A stretch of 63,924 nt of DNA, filler included. It is 4 parts of 4 records of this genome, joined end to end, with 100 filler letters (N's around TTAATTAATTAA, not from the genome) between each part and the next. Parts side by side here need not be neighbours in the genome. Positions count along the whole stretch, not along the records: positions 16,230 to 45,365 come from SRR22947727_3375; 3 more parts are not named here. One strand, written 5' to 3'. This document shows positions 36,099 to 45,267 of the stretch, in pieces. The position numbers and the translations under genes were made by a program. Position 1 is the first letter of the stretch. Every line of letters begins with the position of its first letter. The notes under the pieces are model-generated. The model ran no database searches. It had not been told where the DNA came from and was given only the letters and a program-made list of their open reading frames with translations.

Positions 36099-37337
36099 TC
36101 AACCTTTTTTTGAACGGACTAGTCTTATTCCGTTTGAATGTACTATTTTTCCATTAGAGATTGTTGCAGCAACTAATGGGGGGCCTTCTTCTAACCAATT
36201 TAGCAACAACAAATCCCCTCTCTTTCCAATTTCAATAATTCCCCTATCGTTTATTCTCATTGCAGCTGCTGGTCCTCCGGATATCAAACTCCAGAGACGT
36301 TCAAGGGGTCCTCGTCGCTCTCGATGAAGCTTGTGAATTGCTCCAAGTAATGCTGGGTAGTAATAGTCTGATGCCAGCACGTCGCATAAACCGTCCTCGA
36401 CCATATCACTTGCACTCACCGAGCCAGTATGACTGACCCCTCTAAGTACATTGGGTGCTCCAAACACCGTAATATCATTTTCATTTTTAGCATGCTGAGT
36501 GACCTCTGCAGTCATTGGGAATTCGGTAGTTTTGGACCCAAGCTTACGGAAGAAATCTCTGGTTTCAATTTGCGTATCATCATGACTGAGCAGAGGTATG
36601 TTTCTAAGGTTTGCAATTTTAGCAAGCTCTTTTATTTTGTTTGGAACTTCGGGTTTTCTCTCCCAAATTTTCCCCAACTTTTCTAGATAATCTTTCTCGC
36701 TCATACCGGACCTCTTAACCTTTGAGCCAATTCTGTCGGTCAATCTTGGATCTTTTAAATTAGCTGCTTCAAAGTCGAGCGAATGTTCAAATGGTCTTTG
36801 CTGCAGTGTAGTGTTGAATGGACGCATAGTAATTGAGGTGTGGTCGTTGAAAGCCAGTGCTGGGGGTAAAGTATTCAAAAACGATTTCTCAATAAATTCA
36901 ATTGCCTCAAATGCGAAGGTTTCCCACCTTATTTGGATTCTGTTTTCGACTGACAAATAATTGGAAAATCTGTCTATGAAAGATATAAGTTTTTGAGAGC
37001 TATCAATTGACCGTAGACCGTCTTCCCAGCTGAATGTAATCGCATGATAACCAGTGGTGATACCATTTGTTGCAAGTTGTTTATCTGTCTCTTTAATTGC
37101 TATTTCCAGAGGTATTTTTACACCAGGTCTTGGCATAATTTGTCTTTCGAATGAGTCGCCATGAACGTCAATCAAAGAGGGCGTCAGAAGAAAACCCTTT
37201 CCCATGATTGTAATATCAGCCCTAAAGTTATCACCGATTCCAGCAATAAGCCCATTTTCAATTAACACGCATGTTTCAACCGTACCGGTTGGTAGAAGAA
37301 CATTAGCGCCCTGAATAAGAATTGATTGAGTATTCAT
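36099..37337 (-). CDS. PhnM-like amidohydrolase (second, divergent paralog)
   Basis: LIDVHGDSFERQIMPRPG, FNDH, LSHDD, EFP, GAPNVLRG.SH.G, LASDYYYP. Confidence 0.9.
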   Translation of the reverse strand: MNTQSILIQGANVLLPTGTVETCVLIENGLIAGIGDNFRADITIMGKGFLLTPSLIDVHGDSFERQIMPRPGVKIPLEIAIKETDKQLATNGITTGYHAITFSWEDGLRSIDSSQKLISFIDRFSNYLSVENRIQIRWETFAFEAIEFIEKSFLNTLPPALAFNDHTSITMRPFNTTLQQRPFEHSLDFEAANLKDPRLTDRIGSKVKRSGMSEKDYLEKLGKIWERKPEVPNKIKELAKIANLRNIPLLSHDDTQIETRDFFRKLGSKTTEFPMTAEVTQHAKNENDITVFGAPNVLRGVSHTGSVSASDMVEDGLCDVLASDYYYPALLGAIHKLHRERRGPLERLWSLISGGPAAAMRINDRGIIEIGKRGDLLLLNWLEEGPPLVAATISNGKIVHSNGIRLVRSKKG

Positions 37338-37376
37338 TTTTAATCCACATACTTTCTTATTGATAATTGAACTGAA

Positions 37377-38201
37377 TTACCGAGAAATAATTTTTTGCCT
37401 GGCGTAATTGCTGATTTGCTCGATCCCTAAGACAAGTATGAAAATCATTCCAATTATAACCATCGCCCGGTCATATGAGAAAAAATTGAATAAGCTTTGT
37501 AATTGTAAGCCGATGCCTCCGGCCCCGACAATTCCGAGAATTACAGAAGACCTAATCGCTTTTTCGAATGCAAATAGCGAAGTTGCAATAAAACCTGGCA
37601 TGGCTGCAGGGATGACAGCTGAAAAAGTTGCATCTATTTTGGTGGCTCCACAACACTCCAAAGCTTCTGCAGGACTTTTATCAACCTCTTCCATTTCTTC
37701 AGCAAAAAATCGCCCACAGAACCCTATTGTGTCCACCATAATAGCGAGTGTACCAGCAAAAGACCCAAGACCAACCACTACCACAAATATTATAGCCCAG
37801 ACTAGGTCAGGTACAGTTCTGAAAAATGCAATTAACCCTTTAGAAAAAATTCCTATGGGTCTGAGATAAGGGGAGGTGAACAATAAATTTTTAGAGGCCA
37901 GCAATGCCAGAACAAATCCAAATATAACGCCCAGTACAGTTCCAGCAAAAGCCATCTGAATTGTCTCTAGCAAAGCACCCAAATATCTAAAAAATGCATC
38001 CCAGGTAATTCGGTGCTCTGAGAAGGGCGGAAATGCTCTTTTAAGAAAATCCATTAGGTATTCTGGGCTTTCTATCAACTTAGAAACAGAAAACCCAGAC
38101 CCAGAGAATGACCAGGCTGAAAATAATGAGAATACTATTATTATTAACAAATAAAAATGTAATTTGGAGGGAAGGCGGGCTGGTGCGTCATCCATATTCA
38201 C
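37377..38201 (-). CDS. phnE: Phosphonate/phosphite-type ABC permease
   Basis: ETIQMAFAGT, RTVPDLVWA, GFCGRFFAE, IRSSVILGIVGAGGIG. Confidence 0.9.
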   Translation of the reverse strand: MNMDDAPARLPSKLHFYLLIIIVFSLFSAWSFSGSGFSVSKLIESPEYLMDFLKRAFPPFSEHRITWDAFFRYLGALLETIQMAFAGTVLGVIFGFVLALLASKNLLFTSPYLRPIGIFSKGLIAFFRTVPDLVWAIIFVVVVGLGSFAGTLAIMVDTIGFCGRFFAEEMEEVDKSPAEALECCGATKIDATFSAVIPAAMPGFIATSLFAFEKAIRSSVILGIVGAGGIGLQLQSLFNFFSYDRAMVIIGMIFILVLGIEQISNYARQKIISR

Positions 38202-38949
38202 TTATGAGATCCTTTGATTTTAGCATATTTGTTTTTTCGTCTAAGCTAATTTTTCCATTTTTCAGGGCAATGGTTCTATCGGCATAATCCAAAGCCTGGT
38301 CAGTATTGTGAGAGGTAAATAAGAGTGTAATATTTTGTTCTTTACACAATTTAAAAAACAGATCCATGACCTGTTGGCCTGCTACAGGATCGAGACTTGC
38401 AGCAGGCTCATCCGCGATAATGATTTCTGGGTTTTGCATGAGGGCTCGAGCAATTGCCACTCGCTGCGATTGACCTCCTGACAGTGAGTCAGCTCTTTTT
38501 AGAGCTAAGCTCTCTAACCCCACCATCTTTAAACAATCTACAGCTTTTGATCTAATCGCACCTGATGCGGTTACATGTGTCCATCTAGTGATAGCCGAGA
38601 GCGGAAGCATAGAACTAGTATTGGCTTCACCAATGCCTCCATGAATAACATTTGAAAGCACAGACAAACGTGGAACTAGGTTGTGCTTTTGGAACACGAC
38701 GCCAACTTTGGATCTTACTTTCCTAAGTGCAGATTGTGATAGATTATTCACTCTATTTTCAAATATATCGACTGAGCCACTATCTGGTTTTGTCAAAAAG
38801 AGGATGCATTTTATTAAAGTTGATTTGCCCGCGCCATTGGAGCCAATAATGGATATGGCTTCGCCTTTTGATACCTCGAAGTTCAACCCGTTGAGTACAT
38901 TCTTATCGTTGTAAGACTTGTGGAGATTAGATACTGTTAAAGTTTTCAT
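38188..38949 (-). CDS. phnC: Phosphonate/phosphite-type ABC ATPase
   Basis: [42 protein letters not shown]. Confidence 0.9.
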   Translation of the reverse strand: MKTLTVSNLHKSYNDKNVLNGLNFEVSKGEAISIIGSNGAGKSTLIKCILFLTKPDSGSVDIFENRVNNLSQSALRKVRSKVGVVFQKHNLVPRLSVLSNVIHGGIGEANTSSMLPLSAITRWTHVTASGAIRSKAVDCLKMVGLESLALKRADSLSGGQSQRVAIARALMQNPEIIIADEPAASLDPVAGQQVMDLFFKLCKEQNITLLFTSHNTDQALDYADRTIALKNGKISLDEKTNMLKSKDLISEYG

Positions 38950-38962
38950 GCCAAAACCTAGC

Positions 38963-38992
38963 GCAGTCCCAGGTGTGACAATCTGGGACTGC
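38963..38992 (-). terminator. Intercistronic stem-loop after the second phnD
   Basis: GCAGTCCCAG-N10-CTGGGACTGC perfect stem. Confidence 0.6.
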
Positions 38993-39006
38993 TATATGAT
39001 ATTTTA

Positions 39007-39906
39007 TCAATCTAAAGTGAACTCAGGCATGCCGACTGCAACATACATTTCTCTAACCACATCGTAGTCTGAGTCTACTACGGGGACTAGCCTAGTCCCC
39101 TTGTATTTGGAATGGGCAGAAGAACCGTCATTAGCATCGACACCTCTGAAAAGTGCCTCCAATAACATTGTTTCATTTTCGACAATTGCATTTTTGATTG
39201 TGTCATATTCTTGACCTTTGATATGCCCACCTGCCATAATCATATCCATGGGTAGATCACCTGAACGAAGCAAGACCTTGTAATCACCATTTCCTGTAGG
39301 TTCTTTGCTCCTATCATTTTTTATCCAACTTCTGACATTCGTGGCCATGGCGTCTGTATCACCGCGCACCATTGCAGGGTGTTGTAAGGATTTACTTGTA
39401 AAAACTGCTTCAATATCAGTAAGAGGATCGATGCCATAATCCTTAAGTAACTTCATTGGACAGAAGTGATAAGAAGTAGACCCCTGTTTGAAAGAAATCT
39501 TCTTTCCTTTTAGATCAGATGCCTTTGTGTAACCGTCCGCTGTTTTTACCACTATGCCACAATAATAATCAGGTCGTGCTATCCCGATCATTGCTTCGCC
39601 GTTTGTGAGCTTGTTTATAGCAACATACTCGGCAGGTCCTGTGAAGGCTAAGTCGACTTTGCCAGCTCGCATCGCTTCCGCTGCTCCGGTATGACTGGCG
39701 ACTTGTATCAATTTCATCTCTGCGTTCAGTATTGATCCCAGCGCTTCTGCCAATGGACCCCATTCAGAAATCATTTCTTCCATAGATTCAGCATCAGTCA
39801 CCGTCATCGTGTAGGTCTTGCTATGTGACCCAGCTAATACAACGTTGGTAGAAGCTAATATAAATGTTGCAATTATGGCCGATAATTGGCGCTTAAGATT
39901 TGTCAT
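39007..39906 (-). CDS. PhnD-family periplasmic binding protein, divergent subfamily
   Basis: Signal peptide; DLAFTGPAEYV, RPDYY, DLKGKKI, GSTSYH; GGAG before ATG 39906. Confidence 0.88.
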   Translation of the reverse strand: MTNLKRQLSAIIATFILASTNVVLAGSHSKTYTMTVTDAESMEEMISEWGPLAEALGSILNAEMKLIQVASHTGAAEAMRAGKVDLAFTGPAEYVAINKLTNGEAMIGIARPDYYCGIVVKTADGYTKASDLKGKKISFKQGSTSYHFCPMKLLKDYGIDPLTDIEAVFTSKSLQHPAMVRGDTDAMATNVRSWIKNDRSKEPTGNGDYKVLLRSGDLPMDMIMAGGHIKGQEYDTIKNAIVENETMLLEALFRGVDANDGSSAHSKYKGTRLVPVVDSDYDVVREMYVAVGMPEFTLD

Positions 39907-39956
39907 TTTTGATTTGCTCCATGTAAATAACACTACAGGGTGGAAATCATAAAATT

Positions 39957-39974
39957 ATGACAGCTCAATGACGG
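39957..39974 (-). promoter_or_regulatory. Pho box upstream of the second phnD
   Basis: CCGTCAT-TGAG-CTGTCAT; a second weaker box GGTTCAC-ATTT-CTTTCAC at 40022-40039. Confidence 0.8.
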
Positions 39975-40227
39975 CAGTATTAAATTTTGGTAAAAAGATT
40001 GTTAAATTTGTATTGCAAATTGTGAAAGAAATGTGAACCGATCATGCCAGCGTTAGCATACTCGTTACTGATGCCCTTTGCAGCATACGTATTTGTGGTT
40101 CGTTGTGAGTAGAATATAAGAGCCAGATCAAAAGACTTTCTGAAACGGCGCTATTGGCGGCTCTGTCAGAATAAACCACCTTGCCCTAAAGTGCTGTGCA
40201 AATTAGCGTCTATGCCATGCCTAACCC

Positions 40228-40808
40228 TGGCGTGCCCCCATTGGGTGATCCGGTTTGAATGTAAGTGTATTGTCGGCCTTTGGTCCATCGGAACGATGCT
40301 ATCTGATGCAGGCGGACGATAGCCCAATGAACTGTGTGGCCTGACGGTGTTGTAATGAATGCGCCATTTCTCGATTAGGATTTGGGCCTCCTTTAAGCCG
40401 TAGAACAGTTCGCCATTGAGCAGCTCGTCGCGGAACCGAGCGTTGAAGCTTTCACAGTATCCATTTTCCCAGGGTGATCCAGGTTCGATATAGGCGGTTT
40501 TGGCGCCGACAGCGGCGATCCAGTCCCGCACCTTCTGTGCAATGAACTCAGGGCCGTTATCTGACCTGATGTATTCTGGTGGACCACGCAGTATGAACAG
40601 GTCCGTCAAAGCGTTCAGCACATCGGTTGAGTTGAGCTTGCGATCGACGCGGATCATAAGTGCCTCCCGTGTGTATTCATCGATGATGTTCAGTGTCCGA
40701 TAGGCCCGCCCGTCAGCCGTGCGATCTTGGACAAAGTCATAGGACCAGACATGGTTCGCGCGTTCAGGCTTGAGGCGCACGCACGATCCATCGTTCAGCC
40801 AGAGCCGT
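40228..40808 (-). mobile_element. IS3-family element, 5'-truncated (OrfB DDE core and right end)
   Basis: VWSYDF, IIDEY, RSDNGPEF, PGSPWENGYCESFN, YNTVRPHSSLGY; terminus ...GGGGCACGCCA at 40228. Confidence 0.92.
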
Positions 40809-40839
40809 GATTTCTGTTAATTTGGATGATAACTGCTGA

Positions 40840-41718
40840 CTATGGCTTGTACTTGTCTTCAAATTCATAACCATACTCAAGCCCGAGATCCGCATTCGTT
40901 GAAAGTTCATAGGTTTTCTGACGTAAATAATCCATTAAAGCCCTTGTATCTTTGGCGTATGGAGCAAGTTCTTGGAAGGTCATAGGCTCTCCGACTGCAA
41001 CCTTGACTTTACTATCCACGCGAGATCTAAACTCTTTGATCATTAAACCCATGCGCAGCGTGTAATGCAAGTGACTGGCAAGTTGGAAAAGTCGGCTTGT
41101 ATGGCCGTCAAAGTAAATCGGAACTACGGAAGCGTTCGATTTGATGATCAGGCGCGCAGTGAAGGCTCTCCAATTAGGATCCAAGGGCTGAGAAAATGGC
41201 TTCGCTGCAGTTGAGACGGTACCGCCTGGAAAGATGCCTATGCATCCACCATTTTTCAGATAATCCAACGCAGTTTTCCGCGTTTGAAGATTTATTTCTA
41301 AGGCCTCTTTGTTGGCATCAAAAGAAATTGGTAAAATTACTCGATTAAGGTCTTCAGATTTTTTGAAGACTTTATGGGCTAATATCCGAAAATCTGGACG
41401 TGTTTCATCCAAAATACGACCCAACATCAATCCATCTAAAATACCATAGGGATGGTTTGAAATAACAATTAACGGGCCTTCTTTGGGAATGGTCGAAAGC
41501 GAACCAAGCAGTACATCAAGCTCCAGACCATATCGTTCAACAATAACATTCCAAAAGGAATAACCTGCCTTAATTTCATCTTGATATCCTCTGGCCCGCT
41601 TAAGCAGCCCAATGCGACCTGTCATATTCTCCATAAGCTTAATGATAGTTCGCCCGCCTTTTGACTGGGCCGAATGTGCATAACTAATTTCTTTTACGTC
41701 TTTAGCATTCTCTAACAT
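40840..41718 (-). CDS. Lysophospholipid acyltransferase family protein, type B
   Basis: SNHPYGILDG, IFPGGTVST, VVPIYFDG. Confidence 0.9.
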   Translation of the reverse strand: MLENAKDVKEISYAHSAQSKGGRTIIKLMENMTGRIGLLKRARGYQDEIKAGYSFWNVIVERYGLELDVLLGSLSTIPKEGPLIVISNHPYGILDGLMLGRILDETRPDFRILAHKVFKKSEDLNRVILPISFDANKEALEINLQTRKTALDYLKNGGCIGIFPGGTVSTAAKPFSQPLDPNWRAFTARLIIKSNASVVPIYFDGHTSRLFQLASHLHYTLRMGLMIKEFRSRVDSKVKVAVGEPMTFQELAPYAKDTRALMDYLRQKTYELSTNADLGLEYGYEFEDKYKP

Positions 41719-41734
41719 GTTTTTATGCCTCGAA

Positions 41735-42604
41735 TTAATTTATCGCTTGCAAAATATCTAACCAATGCTGCGGCACATTGCGTTTCTGAGTATTTTCTGC
41801 CCGCTTATCCAGAGAAATCACGATTTCTTTCAACATATTGGTAGCAATTTTTGGATCCCGACTTAGCGACTGCGGGCAAACTGACGGACCAATATTGACG
41901 TCAAAACGAAAGCGCCTTTTGTTCAAAGTCTCTTTAAAAAGCGTAATATCGCGCAAGGTCGGATGAATCATGTCAAATAAATAAAAGAGATAAGAGTTTC
42001 GTGCAGCTATATGGACTGGGATAAGCGGACAATTGTATTTTTGTGCCACTGTTACAGCAGACGTCATCCAGTTTCGTTCAACCAATTTAAAGCCTTTGCG
42101 CTTCGCAAGTCGCCCAGATGGAAATATCACACCCAATTTTTCATTTTGAATCGCAGTTTTTATGAAGCGCAGAGTGGCTTGTGTGCTTGATTTTCTGCGT
42201 TTTTCTTTGCGCCATTCTACTGGCGCAATATGTTCCTCTAGTTGTGGGAAGACACGTAAAATGTCATTATTTGCAAAATAATACAAATCTCGCCGCTTAG
42301 TGCTGAGTACTTTGTATAAAATTATGGCGTCTGCGATGCCGGTTGGATGATTGGCAACGATTAACGCCGATCCAGTTTCTGGAATATTCTGTAAACCAGC
42401 GATATTTACTTGGCGCGCAATTTCAGTACTGAGTTTGTTTAGCACATCCGTACCCGATAGGTGCTCCAGATTTTTAGCCTCAGTAACTGTATTATTGTAA
42501 TCAAGACAGAATTTTAGAAATGTATCTAACGCAGCCGTTAAAGGCGATTGTGACGAAAGCCATGGCGCTCGCTCATGTATCAGCCTATCTATAATGAGAT
42601 TCAT
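41735..42604 (-). CDS. Lysophospholipid acyltransferase family protein, type A (copy 2)
   Basis: ANHPTGIAD, IFPSGRLAKR, IHPTLRDITLF shared with 34031-34894. Confidence 0.88.
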   Translation of the reverse strand: MNLIIDRLIHERAPWLSSQSPLTAALDTFLKFCLDYNNTVTEAKNLEHLSGTDVLNKLSTEIARQVNIAGLQNIPETGSALIVANHPTGIADAIILYKVLSTKRRDLYYFANNDILRVFPQLEEHIAPVEWRKEKRRKSSTQATLRFIKTAIQNEKLGVIFPSGRLAKRKGFKLVERNWMTSAVTVAQKYNCPLIPVHIAARNSYLFYLFDMIHPTLRDITLFKETLNKRRFRFDVNIGPSVCPQSLSRDPKIATNMLKEIVISLDKRAENTQKRNVPQHWLDILQAIN

Positions 42605-43244
42605 GCGATTTTACGAATGCCTTGCTACTTAAAATCATCGGAACTAACGCAACAGTTGCTTATGTCAGAGCTTACAATGCTGAAATTAAAAAGTTGAAAA
42701 TTAAACAAGTACTTGCATAACCAAGCCATCTTAAATCCCTCATGTTACCCTGTTAGTGTAGGCGTGTTTTGTAACAATTTCTTATCAAGCAGAAAAAAAT
42801 GAAAAATAGTTTAGACCTTATATGAGTTACCTCACGATGCCACCCGAGATCCCACCTTCATGATATGTACCCACACCTTTAAAACCTTTTACAAATGAAC
42901 ATCAGTTTTAAACAATAATTGTAGCACATCTTTGTCATAAAATCATTTTTTGAGTATATAGAGGAATTTACTTGACCATAAACTGAAGACTAAATTAATC
43001 GGAGCAAGTGTTAAGTTAGTAGTTCAAATCGGTGGCGTATCCTTGCCGCACGTTCGAAGAAATTCCAGAAGCAATTAAAACAAAAAATAAATAGCGCAGC
43101 GCCAAATGCGTTAGCTTGACTGGAATTTAGGTATAAAAACGAGACGCGATGATTTGAGCTTGGGTTTTGAAAGTTTACGGAAAAATAGGTGAACTTGAAG
43201 AAAAACAACACCAGTAAAGCAAGTTTTCGGATCGTTTTATAAAC

Positions 43245-43649
43245 TTGTTACAAAATGTTGATACTTCGACCTACAGCACAAATTTGAGGTTAGAGATGCT
43301 GAGTCGAGAAAAAGATTTACACTTTAAAATTTCAACGCGTGAGGTTACGCGAAACGGATTTGTTATCCATGGAACTTCAGAAATTTATCATGGCGGAAAA
43401 ATCTATCTTTCTCTGGAAATGATGGAAGAGAATGCAGGCTCTGGAGGTTTAGTTTGTGGGTGTGCCCGCAGTGTTATGCTCGATGCTAAACCTTTTCACT
43501 CTTCAATTACTGGTAAATGGCAGCAAAAAAAGGAATGTCTTGAAATTAAGTTTTTGAGCTCGATGGCTGGCCAACAAATAAACTTATGTACAGCACGAAT
43601 CGATGAAAACCATGATGATTTTATTCTGGAGAACTACGACTTTGTTTAA
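43245..43649 (+). CDS. Hypothetical beta-rich protein
   Basis: 134-aa ORF co-oriented with the SnoaL-like gene; start uncertain. Confidence 0.55.
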   Translation: MLQNVDTSTYSTNLRLEMLSREKDLHFKISTREVTRNGFVIHGTSEIYHGGKIYLSLEMMEENAGSGGLVCGCARSVMLDAKPFHSSITGKWQQKKECLEIKFLSSMAGQQINLCTARIDENHDDFILENYDFV

Positions 43650-43689
43650 TTGACCTAGTTATTTTTTCAGTTCGACGCAAAGAAGAAAT

Positions 43690-44067
43690 TTGATGAATCC
43701 TAAAGAAATAATGCAAAAATATTTCATTTTTTTTGAAAGAGGCGATTGGGAAGATTTTCGCAACCTCCATTCTCACAATGTCATCGTCCATCTAAATGGA
43801 ATCCACAAGTTATCTGGGCGTTATTCTGGATTTATTGATTTCAGGGATAATTTAGTATCTAAAATTCCTAAAATATTTCCCAAAAATTTTTCTGTCACAC
43901 CTTTAAAAATGATAAGTGAAAATAATGAAATTTTTATCCATGCTATCGTGTTAGCAGATAGACTCGAAGCATACTTTGCTTACAGAGCTACTATAGAAAA
44001 TGGTAAAATAACGAAGCTTTGGATATATTCGGATAGCCAAAAATTAGCTAATTCATTCCAAACATAG
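43690..44067 (+). CDS. SnoaL/NTF2-like protein
   Basis: FERGDWE...G.HKLSGRY.G...IENGKI......DSQ pattern. Confidence 0.8.
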   Translation: MMNPKEIMQKYFIFFERGDWEDFRNLHSHNVIVHLNGIHKLSGRYSGFIDFRDNLVSKIPKIFPKNFSVTPLKMISENNEIFIHAIVLADRLEAYFAYRATIENGKITKLWIYSDSQKLANSFQT

Positions 44068-44592
44068 TCTCGCAACAATATTTTGCACCTCAGTTCGTCA
44101 AAAAATAATGTCCTATTTTTGGCAGCTTATTTATAACTAGGGCACAACTCCATGCGCATGACAAGCAAGGGCATGGATATCCCCTCGTAAGCTACAAAAT
44201 GTAAATAAAATTTAACGACATACGAAGCGTAACGTTCCTATCGAATTATGGAAAAGCTACGAGAAACAAGAAGCAGTCACTTTGTTAATAGTTGATATTG
44301 CAGTCATACACTGCAAATACCAGTCCGAAAGCTTATTATGAAACCAATGCTTAAATTGACTGTGTTTGAAGCGATATCGAACATCTTTTTCTTTAAATCC
44401 CGCGTGATAGCCCTGGCGGGAAGTCAAATCATATATGGAAGTATTTTTGAATTTACTATGTGAGGCAAAAGGCTCCTAATCGGCTTTGATCATTGGTTTA
44501 AAAGAGCTTTCCAAGCCTTTTTATTTCTAGGTTTTGCAGCTATGAGTGGAGTACATTTTATGCGTACCGCTTTGGACAATACGTAATGTTTA

Positions 44593-44865
44593 TTACGCAG
44601 CATGTGCAATGCAGTAAATCAAATCATCAGATGCAGCGCTTTTGAGAGCACGTAAATCACTGTTAGTATGCAGATGATATTCAAACTCTTCAAGCGATGG
44701 AGCGTACATTACAACCCTCACTTCAGTTGGGTCATTCACTTTGTGGCCTCTATAACGACTTTTGATGCCATACTTCAAACTTCTCATTTCGTCATTGGCA
44801 TCAAATTCATCAGCCCAAAGATCATACGGTTTATTAATTTTTCCCTTTAAAACTAAGATTGGCAC
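44593..44865 (-). CDS. Small DUF3764-like protein
   Basis: KINKPYDLWADEFD...GIKSRYRG....DPTEV.V; GTG start after GGGGA. Confidence 0.55.
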   Translation of the reverse strand: MPILVLKGKINKPYDLWADEFDANDEMRSLKYGIKSRYRGHKVNDPTEVRVVMYAPSLEEFEYHLHTNSDLRALKSAASDDLIYCIAHAA

Positions 44866-45006
44866 TGTGACATCCCCTAAATTTGGGAGCCTTATAATTC
44901 TTGAGTGTAACAGAATAAAAACTGTCGATAGAGTTCGAAAGCCTGAATTAAATTTTCTTAGAATCAAAACTTATAGATTTTATATTTTTTATAAAATTCA
45001 TATGTT

Positions 45007-45156
45007 TTATACTTCATCTGGGTTAACGACTGCCCCATCGGCAGGGTATTCGCGATGCACGGTAAGCAGTCGTTCTTCCATTCGAGTGATGGCGAGGGTA
45101 GCTTCTGACGATTTGTTGAGCTAATTCGACATGCGAGTGAGTCGGTCTTCACTCAT
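45007..45156 (-). pseudogene. Remnant of a small phage-type coiled-coil protein
   Basis: MSEDRLTRMSN*LNKSSEATLAITRMEERL, with an internal TAG. Confidence 0.4.
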
Positions 45157-45212
45157 AACTAATGCTGCCTGATTCTTTTGAAAATCGTGTGATATGTTAA
45201 GTTTTGATGACT

Positions 45213-45267
45213 TTTTCCACAGTTTTTGTGGATAAAAATGTGAGTAAGATAAAAAAGTTGGGGATAA
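45213..45267. promoter_or_regulatory. DnaA-box cluster
   Basis: TTTTCCACA (45213-45221), perfect TGTGGATAA (45227-45235), TGGGGATAA (45259-45267). Confidence 0.5.

Noticed and set aside
37377-39906. ptxABC phosphite oxidation operon
   Set aside because: No ptxD dehydrogenase or htxA is present; the adjacent enzyme is PhnM-like.
42605-42960. Pho box upstream of the intact acyltransferase operon
   Set aside because: Only isolated or wrongly oriented half-sites (e.g. TTGTCAT at 42932-42938); not convincing.
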